NCBI GenBank assembly: GCA_001512435.1
Contig: LFRS01000102.1
Location: 21,395 to 85,394, forward strand
Origin: Halothermothrix sp. DTU029
GTDB taxonomy: Bacteria; Bacillota; Halanaerobiia; Halanaerobiales; DTU029
Length of the DNA stretch: 64,000 nucleotides
Direction of reading: 5' to 3'
The notes beneath the pieces were generated by a model. The model made no database searches and had not been told where the DNA came from. It was given only the letters and a program-made list of their open reading frames with translations. Position 1 is the stretch's first letter. The number at the start of each line of letters is the position of its first letter. The position numbers and the translations under genes were made by a program. Shown here in pieces: positions 18,320 to 28,404 of the stretch.

Positions 18320-19330
18320 ATGAAAATTATCCTTGATGCTATGGGTGGTGATCATGCACCATCTGCAATAATTAAAGGGGCTCTTGATGCAATCAAGCTT
18401 TATGATGATATAGAAATTATCCTGGTAGGACGGGAAAGTGATATAAAAAAAGAATTAGGAGATAATTATAATAAAGACAGATTACAGATTTATAATGCAG
18501 AAGAAGTTATTACTATGGAAGATTCCCCGGCCAGGGCCATTAGACATAAAAAGGATTCCTCCATAGTAAAGGGAATATCCCTGCTGAAGGAGGAAGAGGA
18601 TGCAGCCTTTGTTTCTGCCGGCAATACCGGAGCTGTTATGGCCGCAGCCCTCTTTGGCCTGGGTAGGCTGAAGGGGATCAAAAGGCCCTCGATACTGATT
18701 AGTTTTCCCAGTATAAGTGGACAGACAATTTTAATGGATAATGGGGCCAATACTGATTGTAAGGCAGAACATTTACAGCAATTTGCCATCATGGGGCAGA
18801 TTTATGCCAGAAAAGTTCTGGGAATAGATAATCCCCGGACCGGGCTTTTAAGTATTGGTGAAGAAAAAGAAAAGGGCAATCAATTAGTCAAGGAGGCCTA
18901 TGATCTCCTGCAAGCAGACCAGCGAATCAGCAATTTTTTAGGTAATGTAGAGGGACGGGATATCTTCAATGGCAGCTGTGATCTGATAGTCTGTGATGGT
19001 TTTGTAGGTAATGTTGTCTTAAAGACAACTGAAGGAGTAGCCTCCTTTGTTTTCAGTTTATTAAAAGAAGCCTTTACCAGTAGTATCAGGTCCAAAATTG
19101 GTGCCTTGCTTATCAGGCCCTATTTAAAGGTCTTAAAAGATAAAATTGATTACCGCCAATATGGAGGGGCACCCCTGTTGGGTGTTAATGGTGTTGTTAT
19201 TATCAGTCATGGCAGTTCAGATGCTCTGGCTATTAGTAATGCCATAAAAGTAGCCAGAGAGACTATAAAGAGTAGAGTTGTGGATGAGATCCAGAAAGAA
19301 ATAAATCAGGGTGGTGAATTAGATGGGTAA
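18320..19330 (+). CDS. plsX: Phosphate acyltransferase PlsX
   Basis: 336 aa with the [14 protein letters not shown] signature. Confidence 0.95.
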   Translation: MKIILDAMGGDHAPSAIIKGALDAIKLYDDIEIILVGRESDIKKELGDNYNKDRLQIYNAEEVITMEDSPARAIRHKKDSSIVKGISLLKEEEDAAFVSAGNTGAVMAAALFGLGRLKGIKRPSILISFPSISGQTILMDNGANTDCKAEHLQQFAIMGQIYARKVLGIDNPRTGLLSIGEEKEKGNQLVKEAYDLLQADQRISNFLGNVEGRDIFNGSCDLIVCDGFVGNVVLKTTEGVASFVFSLLKEAFTSSIRSKIGALLIRPYLKVLKDKIDYRQYGGAPLLGVNGVVIISHGSSDALAISNAIKVARETIKSRVVDEIQKEINQGGELDG

Positions 19331-20315
19331 AAAAGCAACAATTACTGGACTGGGAAAATATATTCCACCAAAGATATTGACAAATAAGGATCTGGAAAAG
19401 ATGGTTGATACCAGTGATGAATGGATTACCACCAGAACCGGTATCAAAGAAAGACATATAGTAGAAGATGATGTCTCTACTTCAGATATTGCCTTTTATG
19501 CAGCCCAGGAGGCCCTGGAAAATTCCGGCCTGTCAGCAGAGGAGCTTGATTTAATTATTGTTGCCACAGTAACTCCAGATATGCCTTTTCCGGCTACTGC
19601 CTGTATTGTCCAGGAAAGGCTGGGGGCAAAAAATGCTGCTGCCTTTGACCTGGAAGCAGGTTGTTCTGGTTTTGTATATAGTTTAGCTGTAGCAGCCCAG
19701 TTTATAGAGAGTGGCCTTTATAAAAATGCCCTGGTTATCGGTGCCGAGATTCTATCCAGGATAACAGACTGGGAAGACCGTAGTACCTGTGTCCTTTTTG
19801 GGGATGGGGCTGGTGCAGCAGTATTACAGGCTACTGATCAGGGTGGTATGTTAGCCTTTGAACTGGGTGCTGATGGTAGTGGGGGAAAGAGTCTCTATAT
19901 ACCAGCGGGAGGTTCCCTGAAACCTTCCAGTACAACAACAATAGAAGAAAAAGAACATTATATCCGAATGGAAGGAAATCAGGTTTTCAAATTTGCTGTA
20001 AAAACCATGGGTTATGCTGCTGTTAAGGTAATAGAAAAAGCTGGCCTGAAAGCAGAAGATGTAGATCTTTTTATACCCCATCAGGCCAATACAAGGATTA
20101 TTCAGGCAGCAGCCAATAAATTAAAGTTATCAGAGGATAAGGTTTTTGTAAACTTACCTAAATATGGCAATACCTCCAGTGCTTCTGTACCTATAGCCCT
20201 GGCTGAAGCCCGGGAGGAAGGCCTGATTAAAAATGGTGATATTATTGTCCTGGTAGCTTTTGGAGCAGGTTTGACCTGGGCTTCTACTGTTATTGAATGG
20301 AATGAGGGTGTATAA
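19323..20315 (+). CDS. fabH: 3-oxoacyl-ACP synthase III
   Basis: 330 aa with active-site Cys in AGCSGF and the HQAN and GNTS motifs. Confidence 0.95.
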   Translation: MGKKATITGLGKYIPPKILTNKDLEKMVDTSDEWITTRTGIKERHIVEDDVSTSDIAFYAAQEALENSGLSAEELDLIIVATVTPDMPFPATACIVQERLGAKNAAAFDLEAGCSGFVYSLAVAAQFIESGLYKNALVIGAEILSRITDWEDRSTCVLFGDGAGAAVLQATDQGGMLAFELGADGSGGKSLYIPAGGSLKPSSTTTIEEKEHYIRMEGNQVFKFAVKTMGYAAVKVIEKAGLKAEDVDLFIPHQANTRIIQAAANKLKLSEDKVFVNLPKYGNTSSASVPIALAEAREEGLIKNGDIIVLVAFGAGLTWASTVIEWNEGV

Positions 20316-20316
20316 A

Positions 20317-21267
20317 ATGATTAGGGATAATCGTTTAACAGACTTGTTACAGATCCCCTATCCTATCTTGCAGGGAGGAATGGCCTGGATTGCTACTGGA
20401 GAATTAGCAGCTGCGGTCAGTAATGCTGGAGGTTTAGGTATTATAGGGGCAGGTAGTGCCCCGGCTGATATTATCAGGAATGAGATCCGGAAGTTGAAGG
20501 AGGTTACTGATCAGCCATTTGCAGTTAATATTATGCTTTTATCCCCTTTTGTAGACGAAATTGTTGACCTGGTTATAGAAGAAAAGGTCCCTGTAGTTAC
20601 TACCGGAGCTGGAAATCCAGGAAAATATATTGATAGATTCAAAGAAAATGGAATTAAAGTAATTCCTGTAGTACCTACAGTCGCCCTGGCCAGAAGGATG
20701 GAAAGGATTGGGGCAGATGCCCTTATAGTCGAAGGGACTGAAGCTGGTGGACATATTGGAGATATAACCACCATGGCCCTGGTTCCCCAGGTGGTTGATG
20801 CAGTAAAGATACCGGTAATTGCGGCTGGCGGAATTGCTGATGGAAGAGGTTTCCTTGCCGCCCTGGCTCTTGGTGCAGAAGGTATCCAGATGGGAACCCG
20901 TTTTGTTGCTTCTCGGGAATGTACTGCCCATGTTGCCTATAAAGAGGCTATTATTAAGGCAGGAGATAGGGATGCGGTGGTAACAGGCAGGTCTACAGGC
21001 CATCCTGTAAGGAATTTAAAGAATACACTGACCAGGACTCTTGATGAAATGGAGAAAAAAGGAGTCAATAAAGAGGAAATAGAAAAATTAGCTGCCGGTA
21101 GTTTGCGAAAAGCAGCAATTGATGGAGACATAGAAAATGGTAGTGTAATGGCTGGACAAATTGCTGCCTTAATCAAGGAAATTAAACCTGTCGGGGAAAT
21201 TATTGAAGAAATTGTCAGGGAAGCAGAAGAACTCCTGCAAAAATTACAGGAGGGCCTGGTAAGATGA
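20317..21267 (+). CDS. fabK: Enoyl-ACP reductase II (FabK, FMN-dependent NPD-like)
   Basis: TIM-barrel nitronate-monooxygenase-like sequence (PILQGGMAWI, EAGGH) located inside the fab operon. Start taken at ATG 20317 with SD GAGGGTG. Confidence 0.85.
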   Translation: MIRDNRLTDLLQIPYPILQGGMAWIATGELAAAVSNAGGLGIIGAGSAPADIIRNEIRKLKEVTDQPFAVNIMLLSPFVDEIVDLVIEEKVPVVTTGAGNPGKYIDRFKENGIKVIPVVPTVALARRMERIGADALIVEGTEAGGHIGDITTMALVPQVVDAVKIPVIAAGGIADGRGFLAALALGAEGIQMGTRFVASRECTAHVAYKEAIIKAGDRDAVVTGRSTGHPVRNLKNTLTRTLDEMEKKGVNKEEIEKLAAGSLRKAAIDGDIENGSVMAGQIAALIKEIKPVGEIIEEIVREAEELLQKLQEGLVR

Positions 21268-22196
21268 AGATAGCCTTTATTTTTCCAGGTCAGGGCTCAC
21301 AGTATGTTGGCATGGGTAAGGAACTGGTGGAAAATTTCCCTCTGGCAGCAGATATAATGGCTAAAGCCAGTGAAATCCTGGCAATGGATCTGGCTGAACT
21401 ATGTTTTAATGGTCCAGCAGAAGACCTGAACCTGACTGAAAATACCCAACCTGCCCTTTATACAATTAGTTATATAGTTAATAGAATTTTAAGGGAAGAA
21501 GGGATTTACCCGGCCCTGGTAGCTGGTCACAGCCTGGGAGAATATTCAGCCCTGGCAGCAGCCAATGTCTTTAGTTTTGAAGAAGGGCTCTGGCTGGTAA
21601 GACAGAGAGGAATATTGATGAATAAGGCTGTACCAGGTAACAAGGGAAGGATGGCGGCTATCATTGGGCTGGAGGATAATGTTCTTGAAGAGATTTGCCG
21701 GGAAATCAGTGACAGGGGTGTTTGTGAAATAGCCAATTACAATTCCCCTGGCCAGATAGTAATTTCAGGAGAAAGGGAGCTGGTGGAGGAAGCCTGTCAA
21801 GTGGCAAAAGAAAAGGGGGCCAGAAAGGCAGTTGTATTAAAAGTAAGCGGGCCTTTCCATTCCTCCATGATGGAAGTAGCAGCCAGGGAATTTAAAGAAA
21901 AGATTAATCAAATAGAATTTAGAAAACCAGAAATACCCGTAGTATCCAATGTCAGCGCTGACCTTATGGAGGAACCAGAGGAGATAAAAAAGTTATTAAT
22001 AAAGCAATTAAGCAATAGTGTACGGTGGGTTGAATCCATTCAGTTACTTAGAGATAAAGGTATTGAACTCTTTGTAGAGCTGGGACCAGGAAAGGTTTTA
22101 AGGGGTTTATTAAAGAGAATAGACTCATCATTAAGGACTTATAATATTGAAGATATGAAAAGCTTGCAGGATTTTTTAAATAAATATCAAGTATAG
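21264..22196 (+). CDS. fabD: Malonyl-CoA:ACP transacylase
   Basis: Contains FPGQGSQ and GHSLGEYSAL motifs. Confidence 0.95.
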   Translation: MKIAFIFPGQGSQYVGMGKELVENFPLAADIMAKASEILAMDLAELCFNGPAEDLNLTENTQPALYTISYIVNRILREEGIYPALVAGHSLGEYSALAAANVFSFEEGLWLVRQRGILMNKAVPGNKGRMAAIIGLEDNVLEEICREISDRGVCEIANYNSPGQIVISGERELVEEACQVAKEKGARKAVVLKVSGPFHSSMMEVAAREFKEKINQIEFRKPEIPVVSNVSADLMEEPEEIKKLLIKQLSNSVRWVESIQLLRDKGIELFVELGPGKVLRGLLKRIDSSLRTYNIEDMKSLQDFLNKYQV

Positions 22197-22286
22197 GAAA
22201 CATTGGAGAATAATTAATATTATTTAGTGAAGAAGTCTGGATATTGCTTAACTTATCTCTTGAAATAAATAAAAAGGGGGTATATT

Positions 22287-23036
22287 ATGAGATTGGAGGG
22301 AAAGGTTGCTCTAATCACGGGAAGTTCCAGGGGGATTGGTGCTGCAACAGCCATCAGGATGGCAGAAGAGGGTGCTGATATTATTATTAACTATCCTTTT
22401 GCAGCTGAAGAAGAGAATGCTGCTGCCGTAAGAGAAAAAATCATAAATTTAGGCCGCCAGGCCCATATTATTGAAGCAGATATAGGAAAATTTACGGAAG
22501 CAGAGAGATTAATTGGAGAAGCCCTGGAGAAGTTTGGGAAAATTGATATCCTGGTTAATAATGCAGGGATTACCAGGGATAATCTCTTGCTCAGGATGAA
22601 GGAAGAAGAATGGGATGCAGTTATTAATGTCAACCTGAAAGGTGTCTTTAATTGTACAAAAGCAGTCCTCCGTCCAATGATGAAGCAAAAAGCCGGCAAA
22701 ATTATTAATGTGGCTTCTGTAGTCGGTATTATGGGAAATGCCGGACAGACCAATTACTCTGCCTCAAAGGCAGGGGTAATAGGTTTTACCAAATCACTGG
22801 CCAAGGAAGTTGCCAGTAGAGGTATAACCGCCAATGCCGTAGCCCCTGGCTTTATTGAATCCCAGATGACGGAAGTTTTACCGGAGAATGTAAAAGAAGC
22901 CATGTTAGCGGCTATACCCTTAAAGAAATTCGGAAAACAGGAAGATGTGGCTAATTTAATCTGTTTCCTGGCATCAGCAGAAGCAGATTATATAAATGGG
23001 CAGGTTATAAATGTTGATGGTGGTATGCTCATGTAG
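22287..23036 (+). CDS. fabG: 3-oxoacyl-ACP reductase
   Basis: SDR protein with TGSSRGIG, NNAG and YSASKAG motifs. Confidence 0.93.
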   Translation: MRLEGKVALITGSSRGIGAATAIRMAEEGADIIINYPFAAEEENAAAVREKIINLGRQAHIIEADIGKFTEAERLIGEALEKFGKIDILVNNAGITRDNLLLRMKEEEWDAVINVNLKGVFNCTKAVLRPMMKQKAGKIINVASVVGIMGNAGQTNYSASKAGVIGFTKSLAKEVASRGITANAVAPGFIESQMTEVLPENVKEAMLAAIPLKKFGKQEDVANLICFLASAEADYINGQVINVDGGMLM

Positions 23037-23060
23037 GATATTTTGAAAGGAGGTGAAATA

Positions 23061-23294
23061 ATGGCTGAAATTTTTGATAAAGTAGTAGAGATTATTGTTG
23101 AGGAATTAGGAGTTGATCCAGAGGAAGTTACTCCTGAGGCATCATTTATAGATGATCTGGGAGCAGATTCCCTGGATGTGGTAGAGTTAGTAATGGCTTT
23201 TGAAGAAGAGTTTGACCTGGAAATTCCAGATGAAGATGCAGAAAATATTAAAACTGTTCAAAATGCAGTAGATTATATTGAGGAGAATTTATAA
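23061..23294 (+). CDS. acpP: Acyl carrier protein
   Basis: 77 aa with the [20 protein letters not shown] phosphopantetheine site. Start taken at ATG 23061 with SD AAAGGAGGTG. Confidence 0.95.
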   Translation: MAEIFDKVVEIIVEELGVDPEEVTPEASFIDDLGADSLDVVELVMAFEEEFDLEIPDEDAENIKTVQNAVDYIEENL

Positions 23295-23320
23295 TCTCTT
23301 ATATATTCTTTATAACAGGG

Positions 23321-23344
23321 AGGCCCTGTTAATAGGGCCTTTCT
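23321..23344 (+). terminator. Weak terminator/attenuator hairpin between acpP and fabF
   Basis: AGGCCCT-gttaat-AGGGCCT followed by only TTCT. Confidence 0.4.
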
Positions 23345-23416
23345 ACCACCAATTAAGCTGAAGGATATTGTTGTGTAGAATTTAAGGCAGATAAAAATAA
23401 GTAAAGGGTTGAGATT

Positions 23417-24658
23417 ATGGAGAGAAGAGTAGTAATAACAGGTTTAGGTGTAGTTACTTCTTTAGGCAATACTGTTGAGGAGCTCTGGAATAATATTATT
23501 AATGGTAAATCAGGTATTAGCAGAATTACAAAATTTGATGTTACTGAATATCCCAGTCAGATTGCATCAGTAGTAAAAGACTTTAGTCCAGAAGAATATA
23601 TTCCTGCAAAAGAAGCAAAAAGGCTTGCTCTCTTTACCCAATATGCAGTTTTTGCTGCCCACAAGGCCCTGGAGGATTCTGGTCTTGAAATTAATGAAGA
23701 GAATGCGGAAAAGATTGGTGTATTAATTGGCTCCGGTATTGGTGGTATTGAAGTATTAGAGGAGCAAATAGAAAGACTTATTACAAAAGGGCCCAGAAAA
23801 ATTAGTCCTTTTTTTATACCCATGATGATTTCCAACATGGCCTCTGGCAATGTTTCCATATATACCGGGGTTAAGGGGCCTAACAGTAATGCTGTTACAG
23901 CCTGTGCTTCAGGAACTACAGCTATTGGTGAGGCTATGGAGATGATCAAAAGAGGAGATGCTGATATTATGATTGCCGGAGGTACAGAAGCATCTATAAC
24001 TCCTTCTGCCCTGGCGGGATTTGGCAATATGAAGGCCCTGAGCACTAGAAATGATGAGCCCGAAAAAGCCAGTCGCCCCTTTGATGCTGAACGGGATGGT
24101 TTTGTTATAGGAGAAGGTGGTGGTATAGTTATCCTGGAAGAATTGGAGTCAGCCCGGAAAAGAGGGGCCAGGATCTATGCTGAATTACTTGGCTATGGTA
24201 GTTCTGGAGATGCCTATCATATGACCCAACCTTCCCCGGGAGGAGAGGGAGCAGCCCGGGCTATGGAAATAGCTATCAGAAAAGCCGGTATAGCTAAAGA
24301 AGACCTGAATTATATTAATGCCCATGGTACTTCTACACCACTCAATGACAAACTGGAGACTAATGGCATTAAGACAGTATTTAAGGATCATGCCTATAAA
24401 TTAATGGTCAGCTCTACCAAATCCATGACCGGCCATTTGCTGGGCGCAGCCGGTGGAGTAGAAGCAGTTATCTGTGCCAAGGCTATAAAAGAAGCTATTG
24501 TACCGGCTACTATAAATTATGAAAATCCTGATCCCGAATGTGATCTTGATTATGTTCCCAATGAGGCCAGAGAATATCCTGAACTAAAATATGTTATGAG
24601 TAATTCCTTTGGCTTTGGTGGACAAAATGCCTGTCTGGTTATGGGTAAAATTGAATAA
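23417..24658 (+). CDS. fabF: 3-oxoacyl-ACP synthase II
   Basis: 413 aa with active-site ACASGT and the two downstream catalytic His motifs. Confidence 0.95.
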   Translation: MERRVVITGLGVVTSLGNTVEELWNNIINGKSGISRITKFDVTEYPSQIASVVKDFSPEEYIPAKEAKRLALFTQYAVFAAHKALEDSGLEINEENAEKIGVLIGSGIGGIEVLEEQIERLITKGPRKISPFFIPMMISNMASGNVSIYTGVKGPNSNAVTACASGTTAIGEAMEMIKRGDADIMIAGGTEASITPSALAGFGNMKALSTRNDEPEKASRPFDAERDGFVIGEGGGIVILEELESARKRGARIYAELLGYGSSGDAYHMTQPSPGGEGAARAMEIAIRKAGIAKEDLNYINAHGTSTPLNDKLETNGIKTVFKDHAYKLMVSSTKSMTGHLLGAAGGVEAVICAKAIKEAIVPATINYENPDPECDLDYVPNEAREYPELKYVMSNSFGFGGQNACLVMGKIE

Positions 24659-24672
24659 AAGGGGTTTAAATA

Positions 24673-25428
24673 ATGGCTTCTCTTCTGGATAAGAAATTAA
24701 TCAATGAGCTGGAAAGAAAAATAAAGATAAATTTTAAAGATAAATTATTACTCCAAAGGGCCTTGACCCATAAGTCTTTCAGTAATGAAAATACTGATTT
24801 AGCCTTAAGAGACAATGAGAGGCTGGAGTTTCTCGGTGATTCTGTTTTGAGTATTATCATAAGCAGTTATATATTTGATAATTTTCCCGATTATCCAGAA
24901 GGGGAATTGGCAAAAATGCGCTCTGTTATAGTCAGTGAGCCCAGTCTGGCTGCTGTTGCCCGAAATATAAATCTGGGTAAATATATTCTCCTGGGTAAGG
25001 GGGAGGACCTCTCCGGTGGCCGTAATAGAAATTCCATACTGGCTGATACTATAGAAGCCTTAATAGGAGCAATTTATCTGGATAAGGGGATAATAATAGC
25101 AGGAAATTTTATTATCAAACATTTTAAGGATAAAATTGAAAAAGTAGAAAAAGGGGAATATATTCAGGATTATAAAACTATTTTACAGGAATATATTCAA
25201 AAAGATAGTATAGCAGGCCCTGTTTATCACGTGGTCCGGGAGGATGGCCCTGATCACCATAAATTATTTACAGTACAGGTAAGGCACAGGGAACAATTAT
25301 TAGGAATTGGAAAAGGTTATAGCAAAAAAGAGGCAGAACAAAATGCAGCAAAAGAAGCTTTGGAGGGTTTTAAGAAAATAAGCAAGGATTTCAAAAAAAG
25401 TAGGATTAAAAAATTAAGAAGGGTCTAA
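24673..25428 (+). CDS. rnc: Ribonuclease III
   Basis: NERLEFLGDSVL signature and a C-terminal dsRBD (GxGxSKKEAEQxAA). Confidence 0.93.
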   Translation: MASLLDKKLINELERKIKINFKDKLLLQRALTHKSFSNENTDLALRDNERLEFLGDSVLSIIISSYIFDNFPDYPEGELAKMRSVIVSEPSLAAVARNINLGKYILLGKGEDLSGGRNRNSILADTIEALIGAIYLDKGIIIAGNFIIKHFKDKIEKVEKGEYIQDYKTILQEYIQKDSIAGPVYHVVREDGPDHHKLFTVQVRHREQLLGIGKGYSKKEAEQNAAKEALEGFKKISKDFKKSRIKKLRRV

Positions 25429-25502
25429 TAAAAGCTGCCGGGATAATTTCTTCTTTTTTTTCATAAAGATATAGTAAACTATTATCCCGGGAGGTTCTTA
25501 AA

Positions 25503-25982
25503 ATGATTTTTTTTCACAGGCTGGAACGTTTTTTTATAAATTTAGTTCTTATTATTCTTATTCTATTAATAAGTGTTCAGCTTCTTATGCGTAATGATTC
25601 TGCCTATAGTAAGTTAAAGGTTATGGAAGTATCTATTAAGAATTTTTTTCAGGACCAGGCAGTAATGGAGGTGTTTAGACCCGGCCAATTGATAGTTGAA
25701 GAGGGTGTTATAAATATAGAACTCCTCCAGACTTATTCCTTACCCCAGGTATGGTTAGTAAAAAATGGGCAAAGAGTGGCTAATTTTGCAGAAGGTTCTG
25801 TGGAGATACGAGTAAAGGAAGGGGATTTACTGGTACTGGATTGTAGTTTTTGTCCAGATCCCCTCTGGTTTAAAGTAGGAGAAATATCCTCCAATATAAA
25901 GACCTGGTATACAGGACAAATTTTTAGAATCTATAGGGAAGAGAAAGTACTCGGAGTTGTTCAGTTTTATGAGAAAGTATAG
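25503..25982 (+). CDS. Hypothetical membrane-anchored protein
   Basis: 159 aa with one N-terminal TM helix. SD GGGAGG lies upstream. I recognise no family. Confidence 0.5.
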   Translation: MIFFHRLERFFINLVLIILILLISVQLLMRNDSAYSKLKVMEVSIKNFFQDQAVMEVFRPGQLIVEEGVINIELLQTYSLPQVWLVKNGQRVANFAEGSVEIRVKEGDLLVLDCSFCPDPLWFKVGEISSNIKTWYTGQIFRIYREEKVLGVVQFYEKV

Positions 25983-25992
25983 GCTGAAATAC

Positions 25993-26021
25993 TGGACAGT
26001 TAAAACCTAATATGATAAAAT
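25993..26021 (+). promoter_or_regulatory. Candidate sigma-A promoter of the aro operon
   Basis: TGGACA (25993-98), a 17-nt spacer, then TAAAAT (26016-21) preceded by TGa (extended -10). Confidence 0.45.
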
Positions 26022-26043
26022 ATTAAAAATTCCAGGAATACAA

Positions 26044-26096
26044 AAACACCCTTATTAGCAAAGTAGCCTTGGCTAATTTCAGGGGTGTTTCATTTT
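26044..26096 (+). terminator. Long terminator/attenuator hairpin upstream of aroH
   Basis: AAACACCCTT...AGGGGTGTTT forms the outer stem, TTAGC/GCTAA an inner stem, followed by CATTTT. It ends 35 nt before the aroH start. Confidence 0.55.
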
Positions 26097-26130
26097 AAAA
26101 TGGAAAATACAATTTTGAGGTTGAGTTTTT

Positions 26131-26511
26131 ATGAGAGCTATTCGTGGAGCAATTACTGTTAGTAAAAATACCAAAGAAGAAATATTGGCAGCCAGTACCG
26201 AGTTGTTGGAAGAGATTCTGGACGCAAATAAAATTAAAAATGAAGAACTGGTTAGCATAATCTTTACAGCTACTACTGATCTTGATGCTGTCTACCCGGC
26301 AGTAGCTGCCAGAGAGATGGGGCTGGACAAGGTCCCTCTTCTTTGCTTTCAGGAAATGAAGGTAGAGGGGGCCCTGGAGAAGTGTTTGAGGGTTATGGTT
26401 TTTATAGATAGAAAGGCTCCGCTGGAGGAAATAAAACATGTCTATTTAAGAGAGGCTGTCAGACTACGGCCTGATTTATATATAAATAATGAGAAGGAGA
26501 GGAGAGAGTAG
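26131..26511 (+). CDS. aroH: Chorismate mutase, AroH class
   Basis: 126 aa with the MRAIRGAITV N-terminus characteristic of AroH-type chorismate mutase. Confidence 0.85.
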   Translation: MRAIRGAITVSKNTKEEILAASTELLEEILDANKIKNEELVSIIFTATTDLDAVYPAVAAREMGLDKVPLLCFQEMKVEGALEKCLRVMVFIDRKAPLEEIKHVYLREAVRLRPDLYINNEKERRE

Positions 26512-26512
26512 G

Positions 26513-27532
26513 ATGATTATTGTAATGAGGGATGATGCTACACAAGAAGAAATAAAACAGGTTATGTCCCGGGTTGAAGAATTAGGTTTTACTACCCATC
26601 CTTCCCGGGGAGCAAAAAAGATGATTATAGGTATTATAGGGGATTTAAATCGGGAAGAATTGATTGAATCTCTGGGAGCATATCCAGGGATTGATAAGTT
26701 GGTACCAATTTTGGACCCCTACAAGCTGGCTGGCCGTACCTTTAGCGAGGATCCTACTGTAATAGAGATAAAAGAGGGCTTAAGTATAGGTGATAAAAAA
26801 ATCATGATCATGGCTGGGCCCTGTGCAGTGGAGAATGAAGAACAGGTACGGGTAACTGCTGAAAAGATTAAGGAATATGGGGCTACTGTTCTTCGTGGTG
26901 GAGCCTTTAAGCCCAGAACATCACCCTATAGTTTTCAGGGCTTAGAGGAAGAAGGTTTAAAAATATTACGGCGGGTAGGCAATGAGACAGGATTGGCAGT
27001 AATAACAGAAGTAGTTGACCCCAGGGATGTAGAATTGGTTGGAAATTATACTGATATTTTTCAAATCGGGGCCCGTAATATGCAGAACTTTTTCTTATTA
27101 AAGGAAGTAGGTAAGACCAGGAAGCCGGTTTTATTGAAAAGAGGATTATCTGCTACCTATAATGAGTTTTTAATGGCTGCTGAATATATAATGTCAGAAG
27201 GAAATTATAATGTTATTCTCTGTGAAAGAGGAATCCGGACCTTTGAAAACTATACCAGAAATACCCTTGACCTGGTAAGTATTCCAGTCTTAAAGAAATT
27301 AAGTCATTTGCCTGTAGTAATTGACCCTAGCCATGGTACTGGCCACTGGGACCTGGTTGCTCCGGCAGCCAAGGGGGCAATTGCTATGGGAGCAGATGGT
27401 TTGATCATTGAAGTACACCCAGAGCCAACAAAAGCTATGAGTGATGGCCAGCAATCATTGAAATTTGAAAAATTTGCCTCCCTGGTTGAGGAATTAAAGA
27501 AAATAGCTGCAGCGGTGGATCGTGAGCTATGA
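26513..27532 (+). CDS. aroF: 3-deoxy-7-phosphoheptulonate (DAHP) synthase, class I-beta with N-terminal regulatory domain
   Basis: About 339 aa. A ferredoxin-like N-terminal domain of about 70 aa is followed by a KDSA/DAHPS barrel (AGPCAVE). Start taken at ATG 26513, one nt after the aroH stop. Confidence 0.9.
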   Translation: MIIVMRDDATQEEIKQVMSRVEELGFTTHPSRGAKKMIIGIIGDLNREELIESLGAYPGIDKLVPILDPYKLAGRTFSEDPTVIEIKEGLSIGDKKIMIMAGPCAVENEEQVRVTAEKIKEYGATVLRGGAFKPRTSPYSFQGLEEEGLKILRRVGNETGLAVITEVVDPRDVELVGNYTDIFQIGARNMQNFFLLKEVGKTRKPVLLKRGLSATYNEFLMAAEYIMSEGNYNVILCERGIRTFENYTRNTLDLVSIPVLKKLSHLPVVIDPSHGTGHWDLVAPAAKGAIAMGADGLIIEVHPEPTKAMSDGQQSLKFEKFASLVEELKKIAAAVDREL

Positions 27533-28404
27533 TGAAGGTAGGGATTATTGGCCTTGGTCTCATGGGAAGCTCTCTGGCTATGGCAATTAAAAAATATTGT
27601 CCAGGTATAAAAACTTATGGCTATGATAATAATACAGAAAACCTGGATTATGCTTACCAGAAGAAAACAATTACTGCTAAATTAAATAAAGAAAACATTT
27701 CTCAGCTTGATCTTTTGTTTCTGGCTGTACCTGTTATTACAACAATAGAAGTTGTGGAAGAAATCATGCCTTACTTAAATTTGGAAAGGACTTTATTAAC
27801 AGATCTAGGTAGTACAAAGACCTACATCTGTAAGGAGATTAAGCAGAGGTTTCCAGCATTAAATTTCATTGGTGGACATCCCATGACTGGCAGGGAGACA
27901 AGTGGTCCCAAAACTGCAGATGCTGATTTGTTTTGCAATAAAAGCTATATCCTTATTGCTGACCAGGGAAGACCTGTAAAGGAAGAATTATTAATAAAAA
28001 TATTAGAGAAAATCGGGGCTAAAATTATTTATATAGATAGTGAAAAACATGATGATCTGGTTTCTTTAACCAGTCATCTTCCCCATGTGATTGCCATTGC
28101 CTTGATGAATGAAGTCATTAAGTATGAAAAAGACTTTCCGGAAATAAGCCAATTTATGGGACAAGGTTTCCGGGATTTCACCAGAATAGCTGCTTCCAGT
28201 CCGTTAATCTGGAAAGATATATTTCTTACTAATCAGGAATTTATATTGGATAAAATCGACAAAATAATAAATGCCCTCTTATCCTTTAAAAATTCTCTCT
28301 TAACAGGAGAAGAAAAGGAATTGATAAAAATAATGGAAGCAGCAAAAATAAAGAGAAGCAAACTACAGGAAGAACTCTGGGAGGAGACTGATAATGTCAT
28401 TTAA
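27529..28404 (+). CDS. tyrA: Prephenate dehydrogenase
   Basis: GIIGLGLMGSS NAD fold and GGHPMTG motif. Confidence 0.85.
   Translation: MMKVGIIGLGLMGSSLAMAIKKYCPGIKTYGYDNNTENLDYAYQKKTITAKLNKENISQLDLLFLAVPVITTIEVVEEIMPYLNLERTLLTDLGSTKTYICKEIKQRFPALNFIGGHPMTGRETSGPKTADADLFCNKSYILIADQGRPVKEELLIKILEKIGAKIIYIDSEKHDDLVSLTSHLPHVIAIALMNEVIKYEKDFPEISQFMGQGFRDFTRIAASSPLIWKDIFLTNQEFILDKIDKIINALLSFKNSLLTGEEKELIKIMEAAKIKRSKLQEELWEETDNVI

Noticed and set aside
20317-21267. FabK instead of FabI as a noteworthy finding
   Set aside because: FabK in fab operons is well known in Clostridia and streptococci. I recorded it as a feature only.
25983-26130. T-box riboswitch or TRAP-type control upstream of the aro operon
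   Set aside because: The leader is only about 100 nt, too short for Stem I plus a specifier. I could not find the conserved T-box sequence. Only three loosely spaced GAG triplets occur near the SD, and no mtrB-like gene follows hup. I kept the region as a generic attenuator candidate.
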